A stretch of DNA of 64,000 bases from Lama guanicoe (GCA_013239625.1 MU053881.1:13630373-13694372); one strand, 5' to 3'; shown: positions 1 through 14,020, counted from the stretch's first letter. Made by a program: numbers and translations. Notes: generated by a model from the sequence alone, not told the origin.

Positions 1-589
1 TACACCACCATCTTCTCCCCAAACAGAAATAGGGAGAAAGCACAAAGATAGGGGAAAATGACATAATTACACTTGTAAGTTTCCCCATATACATAAACAT
101 GCTTTGAAAAAAGAAAGGGGAGTCTCTGTAGATTCGAAGTGGTGAGATCTCCAGGCAAGAAAAAGCACATGGACAACCGTGGCGATAAATGAAGGTAGGG
201 AGAGTGCTGAAGCTTTGTAGTGGAGCAGCCATCAAGTACAGGCCACCCCAGTGCACCAGGCAGGCTGGAGACCAGGTAAGATGCTGAGCTGTCCAGAGTG
301 GAAGTCTCTACCAGAAGCAGGGACCTGCCTGTGGCCAGACCAGTGTCACTAGACTGTGAAAGGAGTAGGTAGACAGACTGAGCCTCAGGAAGTTGTTTCT
401 CATTATTTAGTGATAAAATACCTTAAATGGCTTATGCTGGTATTTTCTTCTTTTGGTTTATCTTATTAACGGTTAAGCATTGTCAAGTGACTGAATATGT
501 CAATTCATGTTGAGGTGAATGAAAAGAAATAGAAATTTGGAAAGAATGCAAAAAATAAAAACCCAATGGTTATTAAAAGTCAACCTAGT

Positions 590-1030
590 AATTGTATTGC
601 TTTCATAGTCCTAAAGTATCTACCCCAAGATATCTGTTGATTACAAAGGAGAGTAGGAACTTCACGGTGGAGAAACGTGGCAGATACAACCTAAACCAAC
701 TGTTCCGAGATTAATATCATCCCCAGTGAGAAGACATGTTGACATTATGTACTCCTTATATGATGGGTACAATGTTTCTGTGATGATATTCTGGCCAAAC
801 CTTATAAGCTCAGTTTAACCATGAGCACACATCAGACAACCACAAAGCGAGAGACATTCAACAAGACAGCTGACCAGCACCTTCCAGTGTCTGAGTATCA
901 TCAAAGACAGGGAAAGATGGAGGAGCTCTCAGAGACGGAAGGAGGCTGAGAAACAGAAGAACTGAGTACGAGGTGGGGTCTTGGACTGGATCCTGGAACA
1001 GAAAAAGGACATTAGTGAATAAATGGATGA
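590..1030 (+). mobile_element. Ancient L1 3' region (L1MC4-like)
   Basis: Motifs aaagtatct..gattacaaagg..gtggagaaac..ggcaga, catcagacaa and tggactggatcctggaacagaaaaaggacattagt resemble the L1MC 3' consensus. Confidence 0.7.
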
Positions 1031-1033
1031 TAT

Positions 1034-1376
1034 NNNNNNNNNNNNNNNNNNNNNNNNNNNNNNNNNNNNNNNNNNNNNNNNNNNNNNNNNNNNNNNNNNN
1101 NNNNNNNNNNNNNNNNNNNNNNNNNNNNNNNNNNNNNNNNNNNNNNNNNNNNNNNNNNNNNNNNNNNNNNNNNNNNNNNNNNNNNNNNNNNNNNNNNNNN
1201 NNNNNNNNNNNNNNNNNNNNNNNNNNNNNNNNNNNNNNNNNNNNNNNNNNNNNNNNNNNNNNNNNNNNNNNNNNNNNNNNNNNNNNNNNNNNNNNNNNNN
1301 NNNNNNNNNNNNNNNNNNNNNNNNNNNNNNNNNNNNNNNNNNNNNNNNNNNNNNNNNNNNNNNNNNNNNNNNNNNN
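1034..1376. other. Assembly gap (343 N)
   Basis: Run of N. Confidence 1.
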
Positions 1377-1559
1377 CTCTCATTTACCCAGTTCCTAAGT
1401 TAATTAGCTTTAGTTCTTTTGAGTTGGAAACAGAGACCAGAGAGAGAAATTTCTCTTTCTCTTCATTCATCTCAACCAAGGTTACAGCAGAGGGACAGGG
1501 AAGTATTAGAGTGAGGACCTGGGTGTGTTTGACCCTAACGACCATGGGGTTTTTTTGTT

Positions 1560-2780
1560 TAAGCAGTTTTAAAACTTTAAAAATTTACATGCAGAAATAA
1601 ATGCACTCATTTTGGTGTATTGTCCTGTGCGTTTTAACAAATTTCCTGAAGTTGTTCACCACCACTATGGTTAAACTGCAGAGCACTCCTATTACCCAGA
1701 ATCATCTCTTCATGCTGACCCGTCGTGGTCCACCTCCCCTCCACCTCAAACTCCAGAGAAGCAGTAATCGGTTCTTTGTCCCTATAGTTTTATGTGTTTC
1801 AAAAATGTCATATAAATGGTCATGTAGTATGTGTTCTTTTGAATCTGGCTTCTTCGACTGAACATTGTTTTATTTGGAAACCAGTGATGGTGTTGAATAT
1901 ATCAAGAAATGCCCTAAACATTTGCTCACAGGTATGGGATCACTAGGTTGTTATGTCAAATATGTGTTAACTATATAAGAAACTGTCCAGCTGTTTTCCA
2001 AGTGGCTGATGCTTTTCCTCCCACCTGCAGGTATGAGTTTTAGTTGCTCTGCACCATCAGTGGCACTTGAAATCGTCAGCTGGGTTTTTGGTTTGGTTTT
2101 GTTTTATTTTGAGGGCTGCACTCAACATATTTACTTACATAAAACTTAAAAGTTTGGAGACCACTTACCTATGGGATGTGGGAATGTCCTAGCTCCAAAT
2201 GTCACATATATAGTAATGAATATGTGGGTCTCACACTCAGAAGAGAGATCTAACTTAGGGATCTAACTTGCTTGCTTGTTTATCTATTTATTTATTATTT
2301 ATTTACATTTGCATGTTCCAGGTGATCCTGTTTTGTTTTGTTTGGCTTTTTTGACCCTGTCTATTTGTTGAAACTGTTATGGTTTCTCCAATCTACTGCC
2401 TTTACACCTTTGTCAGAAATCTTTGAGCACATTTGTAAGAGTTGATTTTTAGGTTCTACTGTTTCATTGATCAATGTTTCTATCAACACTGTACGATCAT
2501 ACTCTCTTAGTGTAGCTTCCTAGTCAGTCTTGAAATCAGTGTGATTTCAGAATCCTCCAACTTTGTTCTTACCTTTCAAAATCATTTCGTTTATTCTCAT
2601 TCCCTCTCTAGCCATATGAATTTTAGAGTCAGCTTGTTCATATCTACAAAAATCTTGCTGAGATACTGATTGGGATTGAATTTTATCTGTAGGTCAGTTT
2701 GGGGAGAATTGACATCTTAACAATACTCACTTTTCAAATCCATGAACATGGTATATCTTTCCATTTGTTTACACTTTTGG
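1560..2780 (-). mobile_element. Fragmented ancient L1M (3' UTR part 1560-2080; ORF2 part 2350-2780)
   Basis: Degenerate antisense L1 motifs such as cctccaactttgttctt, atgaattttagagtcagcttgt and tttggggagaattgacatcttaacaata. Confidence 0.75.
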
Positions 2781-2810
2781 GTGTGTGTGTGTGTGTATGT
2801 ATGTGTGTGT
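2779..2810. repeat. (GT)n microsatellite, interrupted
   Basis: gtgtgtgtgtgtgtgtatgtatgtgtgtgt seen directly. Confidence 0.9.
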
Positions 2811-5043
2811 TACCTTAAGAAGATAAAAGAGAGATTTAAAAAAAACAAGTAACTCACTATTGTAATGGTTTTCTTCATATTTTGATTATCTGACTTATCT
2901 GCTTATTAGTTTTTACTTTGCGTGGTGCTTAGGTCGTGGCCTTTTTATTCTTTCCAGGATGGTTAGTTGTAATTAGTGAGAAAGAGAGCCTATGTTAGGT
3001 TTACTCCATCTTCTTTGACACTGGAGGTCAGTTGGTTTTAGTTGTGATTATCTAAGTCCGTCTTGCGTGGTGATGCCATGGAATACAGAGCACCCCAAAG
3101 TGATTTACTTGTTGTTTTGGGGTTTTTTTAAGTTTGAATAAACCAGCTGTGAGACATCTTCCTGGAGGTAGGGTTGTTAGACGGATGTCAAGGATATGTT
3201 TTCCATGTGGAAGTTCAAAGGATTTATCTTGGGGGCATGAGGGCCTAGGAGAGAGGGTGGAACACAGAACCATTCTTTCCTTTTATGTCTGGTAACATTT
3301 ATTTCAATTCAGGAACTCCTTCCTTTCTTGACAGTGTCATGATGTGTCATTTAGAAATAAAAGGAATGTAAATTGATGTGACAGTTAGCAGAGTCACCAG
3401 GGTCTGTCTGGGAGCATTTCTTACCAGGCACTGCCTTGCTGACAAATAACAGGAGTTAGCATACGATCCAGGATCTCACAATATTGCCATTTATTTAGCC
3501 CAACAGTCTCCTGTGTCCAGACACATCTCAGCGTCAACTGACTGATAGGCTCCAGCACCTTCCAAACTGTATTATTTCTCCTAAATCTTAATAGGTCGTT
3601 ATTAAGAGGTCTTAAGAAGCTTTATCTGCTAATAGAGTTAATAATCAAAGTTTCCATTTTCTCTCCAAGAATTAGAAATCACTAAGTAAGTGTGTTCTCT
3701 CAAGCACAAGGTAAATTGCCTGTTTTACTTATGGTCCACTTTTTAGGCTACCTGTGATAAAAAGACAGTGAAAAATGTATCTGGTCCAATTTCTTTCTTC
3801 TAGTTATAGAAAAATTCTATAATTCATAAGCCCTCAAGTTTGCTTTCATTATAAATCAAAATGTTATGCTAGAGAACCTCAGACTAATACTGAACTAAAG
3901 CAGAGTGAGGCAGAGCCGTTCCAGAGCACGGACTAAAGGGATCCACTGAAGTAAATTTCCCCGACAATTATCTGATGTACCTTCAGGATATTAATATTAT
4001 TTCATTAGCAGTTTGATTCGGTACTTCTCATTCAGAAATCATCTCTACACTGACTTTTGAATGAGATCAAAATTTGTCTATTCGTGAAACCAGGGAAAAT
4101 ATTGAAATTTTTTTGCAAGAGGATGATACTTTTCCTGTGAAGCTGTTTGATGTGTTTAGCAGGTAGTATCTTGCAAGTTATATTGTAAAACTGTATAACC
4201 AAATTAAGATGTTTAAATCTCAGCAAGGGTTGGAAAAACTCAGGGACTTCATGGAAATTGAACTATGTGTTTTGTCCACAGAAGTATGCAGGTATGTGCC
4301 AAAATCCAGTAGCATACCTTATTGCCCATTCATTCATTCATTATTTGTGCCCTAGGACTTTGCTAGCTTTTAGGTTGCAGACATGATTAATACATGATGC
4401 TAGTTTTATTTTTTAAAGCCCTCAAGTGGAGCATTGTGAACTGATTTTGAAACATAATGGTAATTATCCTTTTCAGATGAATATTTGGTTCTTCATTTAG
4501 TCATTCAGATGAGGGTGAGAGAGCAGTTACTTTGTACCCATAGGCCTCTGGATAATGGATAAAAATGGATAAAACATGTCACACTATATATGCAAATGCT
4601 TTACTCATAATATATAGCTTTTTGTAGTTTGTAAATTCCATGTGAGTTATACATTTAATTGTCACAGTAACCCTCTGGTTGGATTAGGGATGTTTTAAAA
4701 GCTCCATTTATAGTTCATGGAACCTAAGCAAAAAGAAGTTATGGAAATTCGCATCCTAGAAATAGCTGGGGAAAGCTGGAGCCTGGGACCGCAAGACCAG
4801 TGCTCACTTTATGACAACCCACTATTTTTCACCAGGGAAGAGCCTCGCCTGCTGATCCTGGTGCTAAAATTCTCATGCAGTACTAACTGAGCTAACACTC
4901 TTCAGATGGCTGAGAAGCTGCGTCAGTCTCAGTGTAATTGTCACCTCCTCTAGGAAACACACTTGACTAGACAGATTAAGATTCTCATTTATAAACTCTG
5001 ACAAATTACTGTTGTAATTCACTGACTACTTTTTACAGTTATA

Positions 5044-5313
5044 TTTTTTAACATTTTTTATTGATTTATAATCATTTTACAATGTTGTGTCAAATTCCAG
5101 TGTAGAGCACAATTTTTCAATTATACATGAACATATATATATTCATTGTCACATTTTTTTCTCTGTGAGCTACCATAAGATCTTGTATATATTTCCCTGT
5201 GCTATACAGTATAATCTTGTTTATCTGTTCTACATTTTGAAATCCCAGTCTGTTCCTTCCCACCCCCCGCCCCCTTGGCAACCACAAGTTTGTATTCTAT
5301 GTCTGTGAGTCTC
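5044..5313 (-). mobile_element. Young 5'-truncated L1 3' end with 14-bp TSD
   Basis: Antisense L1 3' UTR ending in AATAAA and an A tail. TSD ttacagttatattt at 5033-5046 and 5314-5327. Nearly identical to the copy at about 20770-21055. Confidence 0.93.
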
Positions 5314-5623
5314 TTACAGTTATATTTATATCCTCCCCTCAAAACAATCTTGTACACCCCACTTTGAGAAAGGCAAATTAATTATTAAGTCATTATTCCT
5401 TGCCATCTTTCTTCCTGGGTAGTATTTAATAAATATCATAAGGATATGGTCTTTTCACTTGTGAATTTACCGTGGTACCTGACACATAGTACATGCTCAG
5501 TAAAAATGGGTTTAGTAAATTGCTATTTGCCTGTATGTGAATAGTATATATTCATAGTGTTGGGTTTGTGTATTTTCTTTTCTTGTGACTGCTAAAGTGT
5601 GTGTCTGTCCCAAGTCCATTTAG

Positions 5624-5917
<294 letters not shown>

Positions 5918-6499
5918 TGAACAAAATAGTCACTGCTTTTTATTGGAGGGAAATCTATTGTGCTGTTTTCCTTACTGCTCCTTTAATTCTTCCGATAAGC
6001 AGTTAAACCTCCTATTCAATACACATCTGAGAGCTTAGGCTAGCATGTTTACAAAGGGACTTATCCCCAGCTAAGCCTAAGTTTTTCTGAATTATCTTCC
6101 AATATCAGCTGCTGATCCTAAAGCTGCTTTCTTTAAGGAATAGGGATAATATCAAAATAGCTTAGACGGGGTTCCTTTAAAGTGGAAAAAAATACGAATG
6201 CCAAATACGTGTTTGAAGGCGGCAGATGCTCTGTTTCATAAATTGTTCCTGAGCCCTGTGAACTGGGTCTGGTCCTCTGAGGACAGGAAGGCTTTTTGTG
6301 CCTTCTCACCCTCCGAGGAGCAATTAGACTTGCAAATAAATAAAGCCATCATCTCATGTTTATTAGAAATGAATTTACACTCTTAAATGTACCTTTATAT
6401 CAGCAAAGAATTGTGATGTTCTGCTCTTTGGGTGAAGATGGATTGTAAGATATGACAGTTTCTGCTTCTAAAGTTTGTTTTGTATTAGAAGCAATAGAT

Positions 6500-6666
6500 G
6501 GGGGGGGAGAGTATGGCTCAGTGGTAGAGTGCATGCTAAGTATGGACAAGGTCCTGGGTTCAATCTCCAGTACCACCACTTTAAATGAATAAATAAATGG
6601 ACATAGTTACCTCCCCCTGCGCAAAAAAAGAAAAAAAAAAGAAAAAAGAGAAAAAATGAAAAAGAA
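6500..6666 (+). mobile_element. tRNA-derived SINE (camelid Vic-1-like) with TSD
   Basis: Pol III A box (tggctcagtgg) and B box (ggttcaatctcc), A-rich tail. TSD agaa(g/a)caatagatgg at 6487-6501 and 6667-6681. Confidence 0.88.
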
Positions 6667-6869
6667 AGAAACAATAGATGGTTCCCTGGGGGAAAAATGA
6701 AGAAAAAAGATGTCTGTCTTACTCTGAAAACACTGCCATGTAAAGAAATCCTGTACGTTATTGGGGAAGAAACTCTGTCTTCTGAAATGTGCAGTTGCCT
6801 CTCATTTATTCTGTTTTACATCAACATCTGGTGACTTTATCATAATAATGATGAGAATGATAGTAGTGT

Positions 6870-7100
6870 TACTCATTCACTGAGCACTCATAGCGATCTG
6901 ACATCAAGCGAGTTCATTCCATGCATTATGATAGTTAATCCTTACAACAGTATCCTAAGTTAAAACTGTTAGGATCTTGATCTCAAATGAAGAACCTGAG
7001 GCCGGTGCAGCTGGTCCACGATCACAGAGAAAGTAAGCGGTGAAGGTGGGATGTGAATCCTGTTCCAAGTTCAGAGCCAGAGCGCCTAGCCATTGCACTG
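6870..7100 (-). mobile_element. MIR SINE
   Basis: cattcactgagcact...ttaatccttacaac...atgaagaacctgagg...gtgggatgtgaatcc resembles the antisense MIR core. Confidence 0.6.
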
Positions 7101-10100
7101 GGATGGGTCTCCCTCCCGTATTTTTTCTTATCTATTATATCACATTTTTATTATCTGCTGTATTCAGCCTTCCTGACTGGTGCATTGTCTTAGCTCCCTG
7201 TGAACCAGCTTCTTTCTTTGTTTATCGAATTTGTAGAGAAAATGGAATTTGGTTATCAAGGGAGGGAGGGAGGCACAGAGAGAGCACGTTTGTGCTCGGT
7301 GTCAGCTGCTGGAGGTAAAGAGATGGATTGGCTACAGGCACGGCTCACATCCCGGCCTTAGGAAATAGAGAAGCAGTGGAAAGATAAAATAAGTTACCGG
7401 GCAGTGTCTACAAAGACTCCACCAAAGTGGCGGAATTTGAAAGTACTAATAGGAAGGATTGTCTTAGCAGATACCTTGTGCTAAACTTCTTGCTTAGAAT
7501 CGACCACAAAACATGGTATCACAAAGACCTTGATGAGGTGGTGACCACATGGGCAGTGGAAGGGTTCAGGGAGATTGTAGTTCACGTGTTTAAAGACTTA
7601 AGCACAGAGAGAGATCAGAACCCTGAAGAAGGCAGAGAGAGGCATAGAAGTAATGCTACCCATTCAGCAGGGGATGTGGGAGGAGAGGACTGGAAAGTGG
7701 CAAGTTTGGGGTAAGCGTCAGACCCAGTGTTGGATGCGTTTTGCCCATCAGATCTTCACAGCAGTCATGCAGAAATTACCTTGTGCCCTTCCTTTCTTTT
7801 GAGGACACCCACATTTAGAGCAGAGAACCAGCTGAGTTCTCTTTGTTATACCCAGCACTGACAAACCACCTACACTGTGAATGAACTGAGTAAAGACTGT
7901 CAATGAATTCTGATTGAATGTATGCAAAGTTGGAGAGCTGGGAAAAATCAACAACCGTCAGAATGTTTTTGAAATTGAGAGGGAGAAGAGAGGACCAATA
8001 CTGATGATAAATGTGGCTTCTTTAGATCATTAAGCCAATAATTAGACCAAAAAAAAAAAGGTGATAGCTTTTCCTTCTTATCATTAAAGCCAACTGGACA
8101 CCATTGCTGTAGGTCATCCCTCTCAGCCCCACTTCCAACAGGGGCTTGACAAAACACGCAGGTTGCTGCACGCATCTGCCATGCATAAAATCAACACTCT
8201 GGACTGAGAAGGCTCATGGATTGTGATTGTTCACAATAGCAGTTGGATAGTTAATCCTGGAATTTGAAATTGATAAAGAGGTCTTTTGGGAAATTTATAA
8301 ATGCTCCATTCCAATTTTTTAATGAATAAATAAAACAATTTATTTCGTGGCTGAAATTTAACACAGGCCAGAGATCCCTTCTCTACAACAGCAATTCCAT
8401 TGGCAATACATAAGTAAAAGGAATTCAGTTACAGTGACTACTGCTGGGTTGATTCCTTTCTACTTAGTTCCTCCTCCTACTTACCCAGCCCCAACCTCAG
8501 CCATTCCCTACTGCTGACAGTCCAGTAAGACATTTATCTTGTGTCTGTGTTGAGTAGTGGCTGCATTTAAAATTGTAATAGTGTTAATACTAGTAGGTAG
8601 AACTCATTAAAGGACTCAGCCTGCAGTTGTCACTGTACCAGAACGTTGCTTATAGTATCTCACTGAATACTGACTTCATTCCTACAACGTGGGCCCTAAT
8701 GTTTTTTTCCCCCCATCTTACATGCGGAAACAATGGAACTCATGTGCAAAGTTACACAGCTCTGCTGCACAGTGGAGCATAGTAGTTTGAATGCAAAGAT
8801 GTTGCTCTTTGTTGCCATTCTGCTCAGCTCCTTAGGTGCTGGCAAGTGGGAATAAAGAATGGTAGAAAGCACCTGAGAGCAAGCAGGGGGAAAAAAATGA
8901 TAAAGAAAAGTTAGATGGAAGCAACTTTCACTAAATCCACGGATACAGGCTTTGTTCTAGAGAAAGTCCCCGGAGAACGGCAGGCCTGCGTCTTCTACGG
9001 ACGGTGCATCTTCAGGTTCTGAGGTTCCCTCCAGTCCCCATTTACCGAGGAGTGACTTTTGCTCTGTCCAGTCCTGGGACACAGACAAAATCACTGCAAA
9101 GAAGCTGGCAGTGGCAAGGTTCATCAGTTAGAGTACGGGGAATTGGAGGGCACCCATGAAGCCCTTGGCATGGAAAGCTGGGACAGGGAAGGCTTTAAAC
9201 ACCAAGGCAGTGACCTCTGGGCTAAGTGTCATGCATGTTCAAGGCAAAAGCAAAGGACTTAAGTGCCTGTCCCACTGAGATGCACAAAGATTGACAGAGG
9301 AGTAGGGCAGGTAATTCAGAGGATCTGAATAAGCCTCTTTTGTAGAGTTTCCCTAGTGAAATTTTCAGGTATTAAAGCATATTACAAAATAGAATAGTAT
9401 GCAAAATATTAATCCTTGTTGAATTCCATGGTCAGAAGATAGCTGTTTGTCATGCTATTCTTTCAACTTGTCTGTGTGTTTGAAAATTTCCATGGTAAAA
9501 TTTGGAAAAGGAAAAAAAAAATGGCCTAGGAATCTCTGGTTCTAATTATCTAGGAAAGAAAACTCAAGATTTAAAAGTCTACAGCCAAAGAATGATATTT
9601 CTGATCTCTTGGAGGTAGAGAATTCTCTGTAAGTGACATCTATTTTTAGTCGTTGTGTCTGAAAAGGAGGTCATCTCATCTCAGAGGGTGCATGACTCAG
9701 TGGGTGGGATCCACGACCCAGACGAGCAGGCTAAGCCATCACCCAGGGAGGAGTGGTCACAGCTCTGCACTCAAAGCTTCAGTGACCTCCATGTGAAATC
9801 ATCCTTCTGCACAGGTGTGCCCGTTGCTTCTGACTGTGTGCAGTAGGAACTCTGGGTCTACTCATGTTGAAATAGTGTGTTTAGATAGCATGAGCTTTAA
9901 GGACGGTACCCAGCTAATCAAGAAGCTTGCATTAAGGTATGGTGGCTTTGGGAAGTTCAGAAGATGGAGATTGATGTTTAGAAATGTGGAAAATATTTTA
10001 GGCATTATTGCTGTAGGCTAGGCTTTAACGGTTTTCATTCTGATTGGATTTCTGTTTCCCCACTGTTAAAACAGAATATGGGTTGGCAGCTTGCTCGCAG

Positions 10101-11039
10101 TTACTCCATTGCTCTTCAGGTTGATAGTCATTTTAAAAGCAGAGTTCTGATGCTGTGCGAAGAGATCAATGGACACAATTGGGCAATGCAGCCAACTTCC
10201 TTAACAAAGCATTATGATAATGGGACTAGTGTTTTAGTTTGGACTTTTGTCACTGACTTCTTGTTGAATGTTAAATATCTTCTTCAGGTTTTAATTTCCT
10301 CAGACATATAAAAGGGGGGATGAATTGGATAATGTCATTTTTAACAACCCAGTTCTCCTCTGAATCAATTATTGAGATCAATGAATGTAAAAAAAAATTA
10401 TTATCGAAATCAGACTGGATAATGAAATATGTATTTGGAGTAGCAGTCATTGGTAGATAGTTAAGTGCTCTGTTTTACTATTTAATAAATAAATGAATAC
10501 TGGGGATATTTGATACATGAGCAGAAGGCTGGGGCACGGAAGGCTTTAGATATCAAGGCAGAAGTTTTACACTGTAGAATTTTACTCTGTGTATCTTTTC
10601 GGGATTCTGTGAAGACACTTCTTTATCTACAACAAAAAGAAAAAGAGCAGGAGTGAGCCTGTTTGGTTGAAGAGAATGGGGAAAGTCTAGGTCAAGCATG
10701 CCTAAAACAAGGAGGGAAATGACTAAAAACCTAAGAGGATTGTCAAGCAGTTTTGAGGACACAGACTTATCATGGAACCGGTTATCTCCAGCCGTTGCAT
10801 CTGGCAGCATGAGATGAAGAGTAAGGAAACTGGATGCCTGCCTTGAGACCCCAGTGGCCACGGCAGCCTTTAAAAGCTTCCAGGCAGCCCCAAGCCCAGT
10901 GCCTCATTTGTAGCATGCCCTTAGTAACTCTCATTTCCTCGAGAGCTGTATGGTTTCTCTTAAGCCAGGACTTTTCCGTCTGTTCTCATCATGTCTCATC
11001 ATACATCTGTTTTCTCAACTTTGTTTAAAGATCTATATC

Positions 11040-11552
11040 TGTTGAGAAATGAGTGGATGAAGAAGTTGTGGAATATTTATGCAGTGGAACACCACTCAGC
11101 CATGAAAAAGAATAAAATAATGCCATTTGCAGCCAAATGAATGGACCTGGAGTTTGTCATTCTCAGTGAAGTAAGCCAGAAAGAGAAAAATACCATATGA
11201 TTTCACTTATAGGTGGAATCTAAAAAAGAAAAAGACAAGTGAACTTTTTTACAAAACAGAAACCGACTCACAGACATAGAATATTCTACATAGAAAACAA
11301 ACTTATGGTTACCAGAGGGCAAGGGATAAATTGGGAGTTTGAGTTTTGCAGATACTAATTACTATGTATAAAATAAACAACAAGTTTATACTGTCTAGCA
11401 CAGGGAACTACATTCAATATCTTATAGTAACCTATAATGAAAGAGAATATGAAAACAAACATACATATGTATATGCATGGCTGAACTATTATGCAGTACA
11501 CCAGAAATTGACACAATATTGTAAACTGACTATTATTCAATAAAAAAAATCT
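11040..11552 (+). mobile_element. 5'-truncated L1 (ORF2 end plus 3' UTR), intermediate age
   Basis: gagtggatgaagaagttgtgg...atgccatttgcagc...agtgaagtaagccagaaagag...AATAAA and A tail. Candidate TSD aagatctata at 11028-11037 and 11558-11567. Confidence 0.9.
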
Positions 11553-13859
11553 TTAACAAGATCTATAGGAATAATTAAAAAGGTGATGAATAATGCTCTT
11601 TTTCAAGTTTAAATATGTAGTTTGTGGCTAAAGAATAAAAAATTCTTAAATACAGATTCTCACCTTCACTCTTGGCTAATCGATAGCTCAGTTATACCAA
11701 TTTGATCATAAAATCAAATACCTTTTTTTTTTTAGTCTTACTTAGATACTTCTGTAGGAGCTATGGCTGGAAGTGGAGAAGGACATTTTCTAGGGAGTAA
11801 CCCAGCTGTAGAAGTGGTGACCATGGACTTTTCATTAACTTGGCGGAAGAATTCTTAGTAATTTATAAGGGAAACATTTTGAACAGATTAACTGTATTTT
11901 ATTCCAAAGTAAAATTGGCCCAATCAAATTATTTTCAGAAAAGCACTTAAAGGAAGAGTGACATAGCAAATATAAGATTTTTGCTGATGAATTCAACTCA
12001 AGCACCAGCAGGTTAAAGTCAGGTTTAATCTGGTGTTGATACGACGTCATAATGTGTGTTAATATAGGTATAACTTAGACTGTTATTTACTTGAGATAGG
12101 AGATATTTATTAGATTTCAGAAAGCAAATGAATAATTACACTGATCAGAGGATCAAGAGATGCACCTTCTAATATTGCATTAGATTCTTATAATTGATTC
12201 TTATAATCATTCATTTAAATGATTTACAAATTTTCTTCTAGCTCCAAAAATTGGATACTCCTATGATTTTGCTAGCATATGGCATGTAGACCTGTAGGAC
12301 TGCCCTCTCGGTATGTGTGCAGCAGTATCTAACATGGTGTTTCAGTGCTTTAGCAATTGTAGTTATTTTCTTGGAAAAAAAAATCTTCTGATTAAGAAAG
12401 CAAAAACAAAATCATTGCCTTCAAGTATACAAGAAAACCTGAATTCTCAACTAATGGCATCTTCTTGTGAATATAAAGACGCATATTTTTATTAAGATTT
12501 AGAGTCTGAATCCAAATGGACAGCACATTATTTATGCTAAGTCGTTAACATTATATCATAAATGCATTTTATCGCGTTATGAAAACTCTTCAACGAACAC
12601 ACTTAAAACGCATTTCCTGTTATGAGATGTTAATTAACTACTGAACATTCAGAAAATGCCGTTAAGTTATGGAAATAAAATTACCCTTAATCCTACCACC
12701 CGGATTTAATCTTTCCTGCACCTTGCTTTATATGATTCCAGATATTTTTCTAGTAAAAAAGGCTATAGGTGGTTTGTCATAAAAACAAATTCACATTATA
12801 TACTATTTTGTGATCTTATTTTTTACTTTAACAATGAATGTACCATAATCATGTTTTCCATGTCAATAAAAACTCTCTTTGTCATTCTTTAACCGTTATA
12901 GGTCATATTTGAGATATATTCCCTTATCCAATGTAGGGTATGGTTTATGGTTTTGATAGAAGGTGAAGTATGTAGTTGTCATTATAAAATGCAGAACTAC
13001 TCTTTAAAAATGTTCTTAATATTTTAGTGACAAACAGCCAAATCTGTTGGTGACACCATTTATAACCTTATATCTGCGGTTGTTAATTTGTGGTGTCATT
13101 GGTTAGATCAGTGGCTCAGGAAATATTCTGATGCTGATTTCATTAGGACAGTTCTTATGGAAGGGAGTGACTTTCTTATCCTTTCAATAATAGCTGCCCC
13201 ATCTAAAAATAGCTGTTTGTCTTTCGTTGTTGGGGTTGGGGGAGCCTCTGCCTTGATATGTCTGTACACCTCCCATGTGTAACATTAGGTGAGAAACATG
13301 TCACTTCTGATTAAAGGTTCACATTCTTAAAGAAAGATTCCACAGGAAGCAGAAGGCAATTCAGCCACCTCCTGCTATGTATGTTCTGTCATTGGGAAAA
13401 TGGCAAAGGATAATGTTAGCCTGTAATGAATTTAGACAGGCAGGGTTTATTAAATTTTATCTTCTTCCTCTGCTCCTAAAGCTTGACCACAGGATATCAG
13501 GCAAGCGAGTAACTGAGTAGCCATCTCACACTGAAATGAAGTCTATTAAACATTCATATATCATTTTTTTACTTGGATTTCCTAATTAGTGTAATTCATT
13601 TTCATAGAGAGACTGAGTGAGTGCACTTTGTCAAGCAGAACGACAGAGATTGTATTAAGAATGTCATTCCTGGCTGGACTGTGAGCCCCTGGGCTCTAGG
13701 TTTCTCGGGCTTCCAAGCAGGAAAAAGCACTTTCCTCTACCTCCATCTCTGTGGGAAAAGACACATTCGTCCTCCTTAAAGAGCTGTAATTAATTTTTAA
13801 AAGGAATTTCTTGGCCATCATTTTCCCCTATAAAATTAAAATAATTTAGATTAAAGTTA

Positions 13860-14020
13860 ACTTTATTTAGAAATAATTTAAGTCATCTTCAAGTTCACCT
13901 TCTTGATTATTATAGAAAGAAGAGAGAGCCTCAGAGAGGGAAGTGACTGTGCCTAACATCACACAGACAATTGATGGCAAAGCACAGAGCAGAATCTCAA
14001 ACTCCTGTCGCCTGACCTGG
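13860..14020 (-). mobile_element. MIR SINE
   Basis: gcctcagagagggaagtgactgtgcctaacatcacacag matches the MIR core. Confidence 0.6.

Noticed and set aside
973..1403. Three long ORFs in the track
   Set aside because: Artefacts of translating the N gap.
6500..6580. tRNA gene (also 17450-17530)
   Set aside because: The tRNA-like head is followed by SINE body, A-rich tail and TSD, so it is a SINE rather than a functional tRNA.
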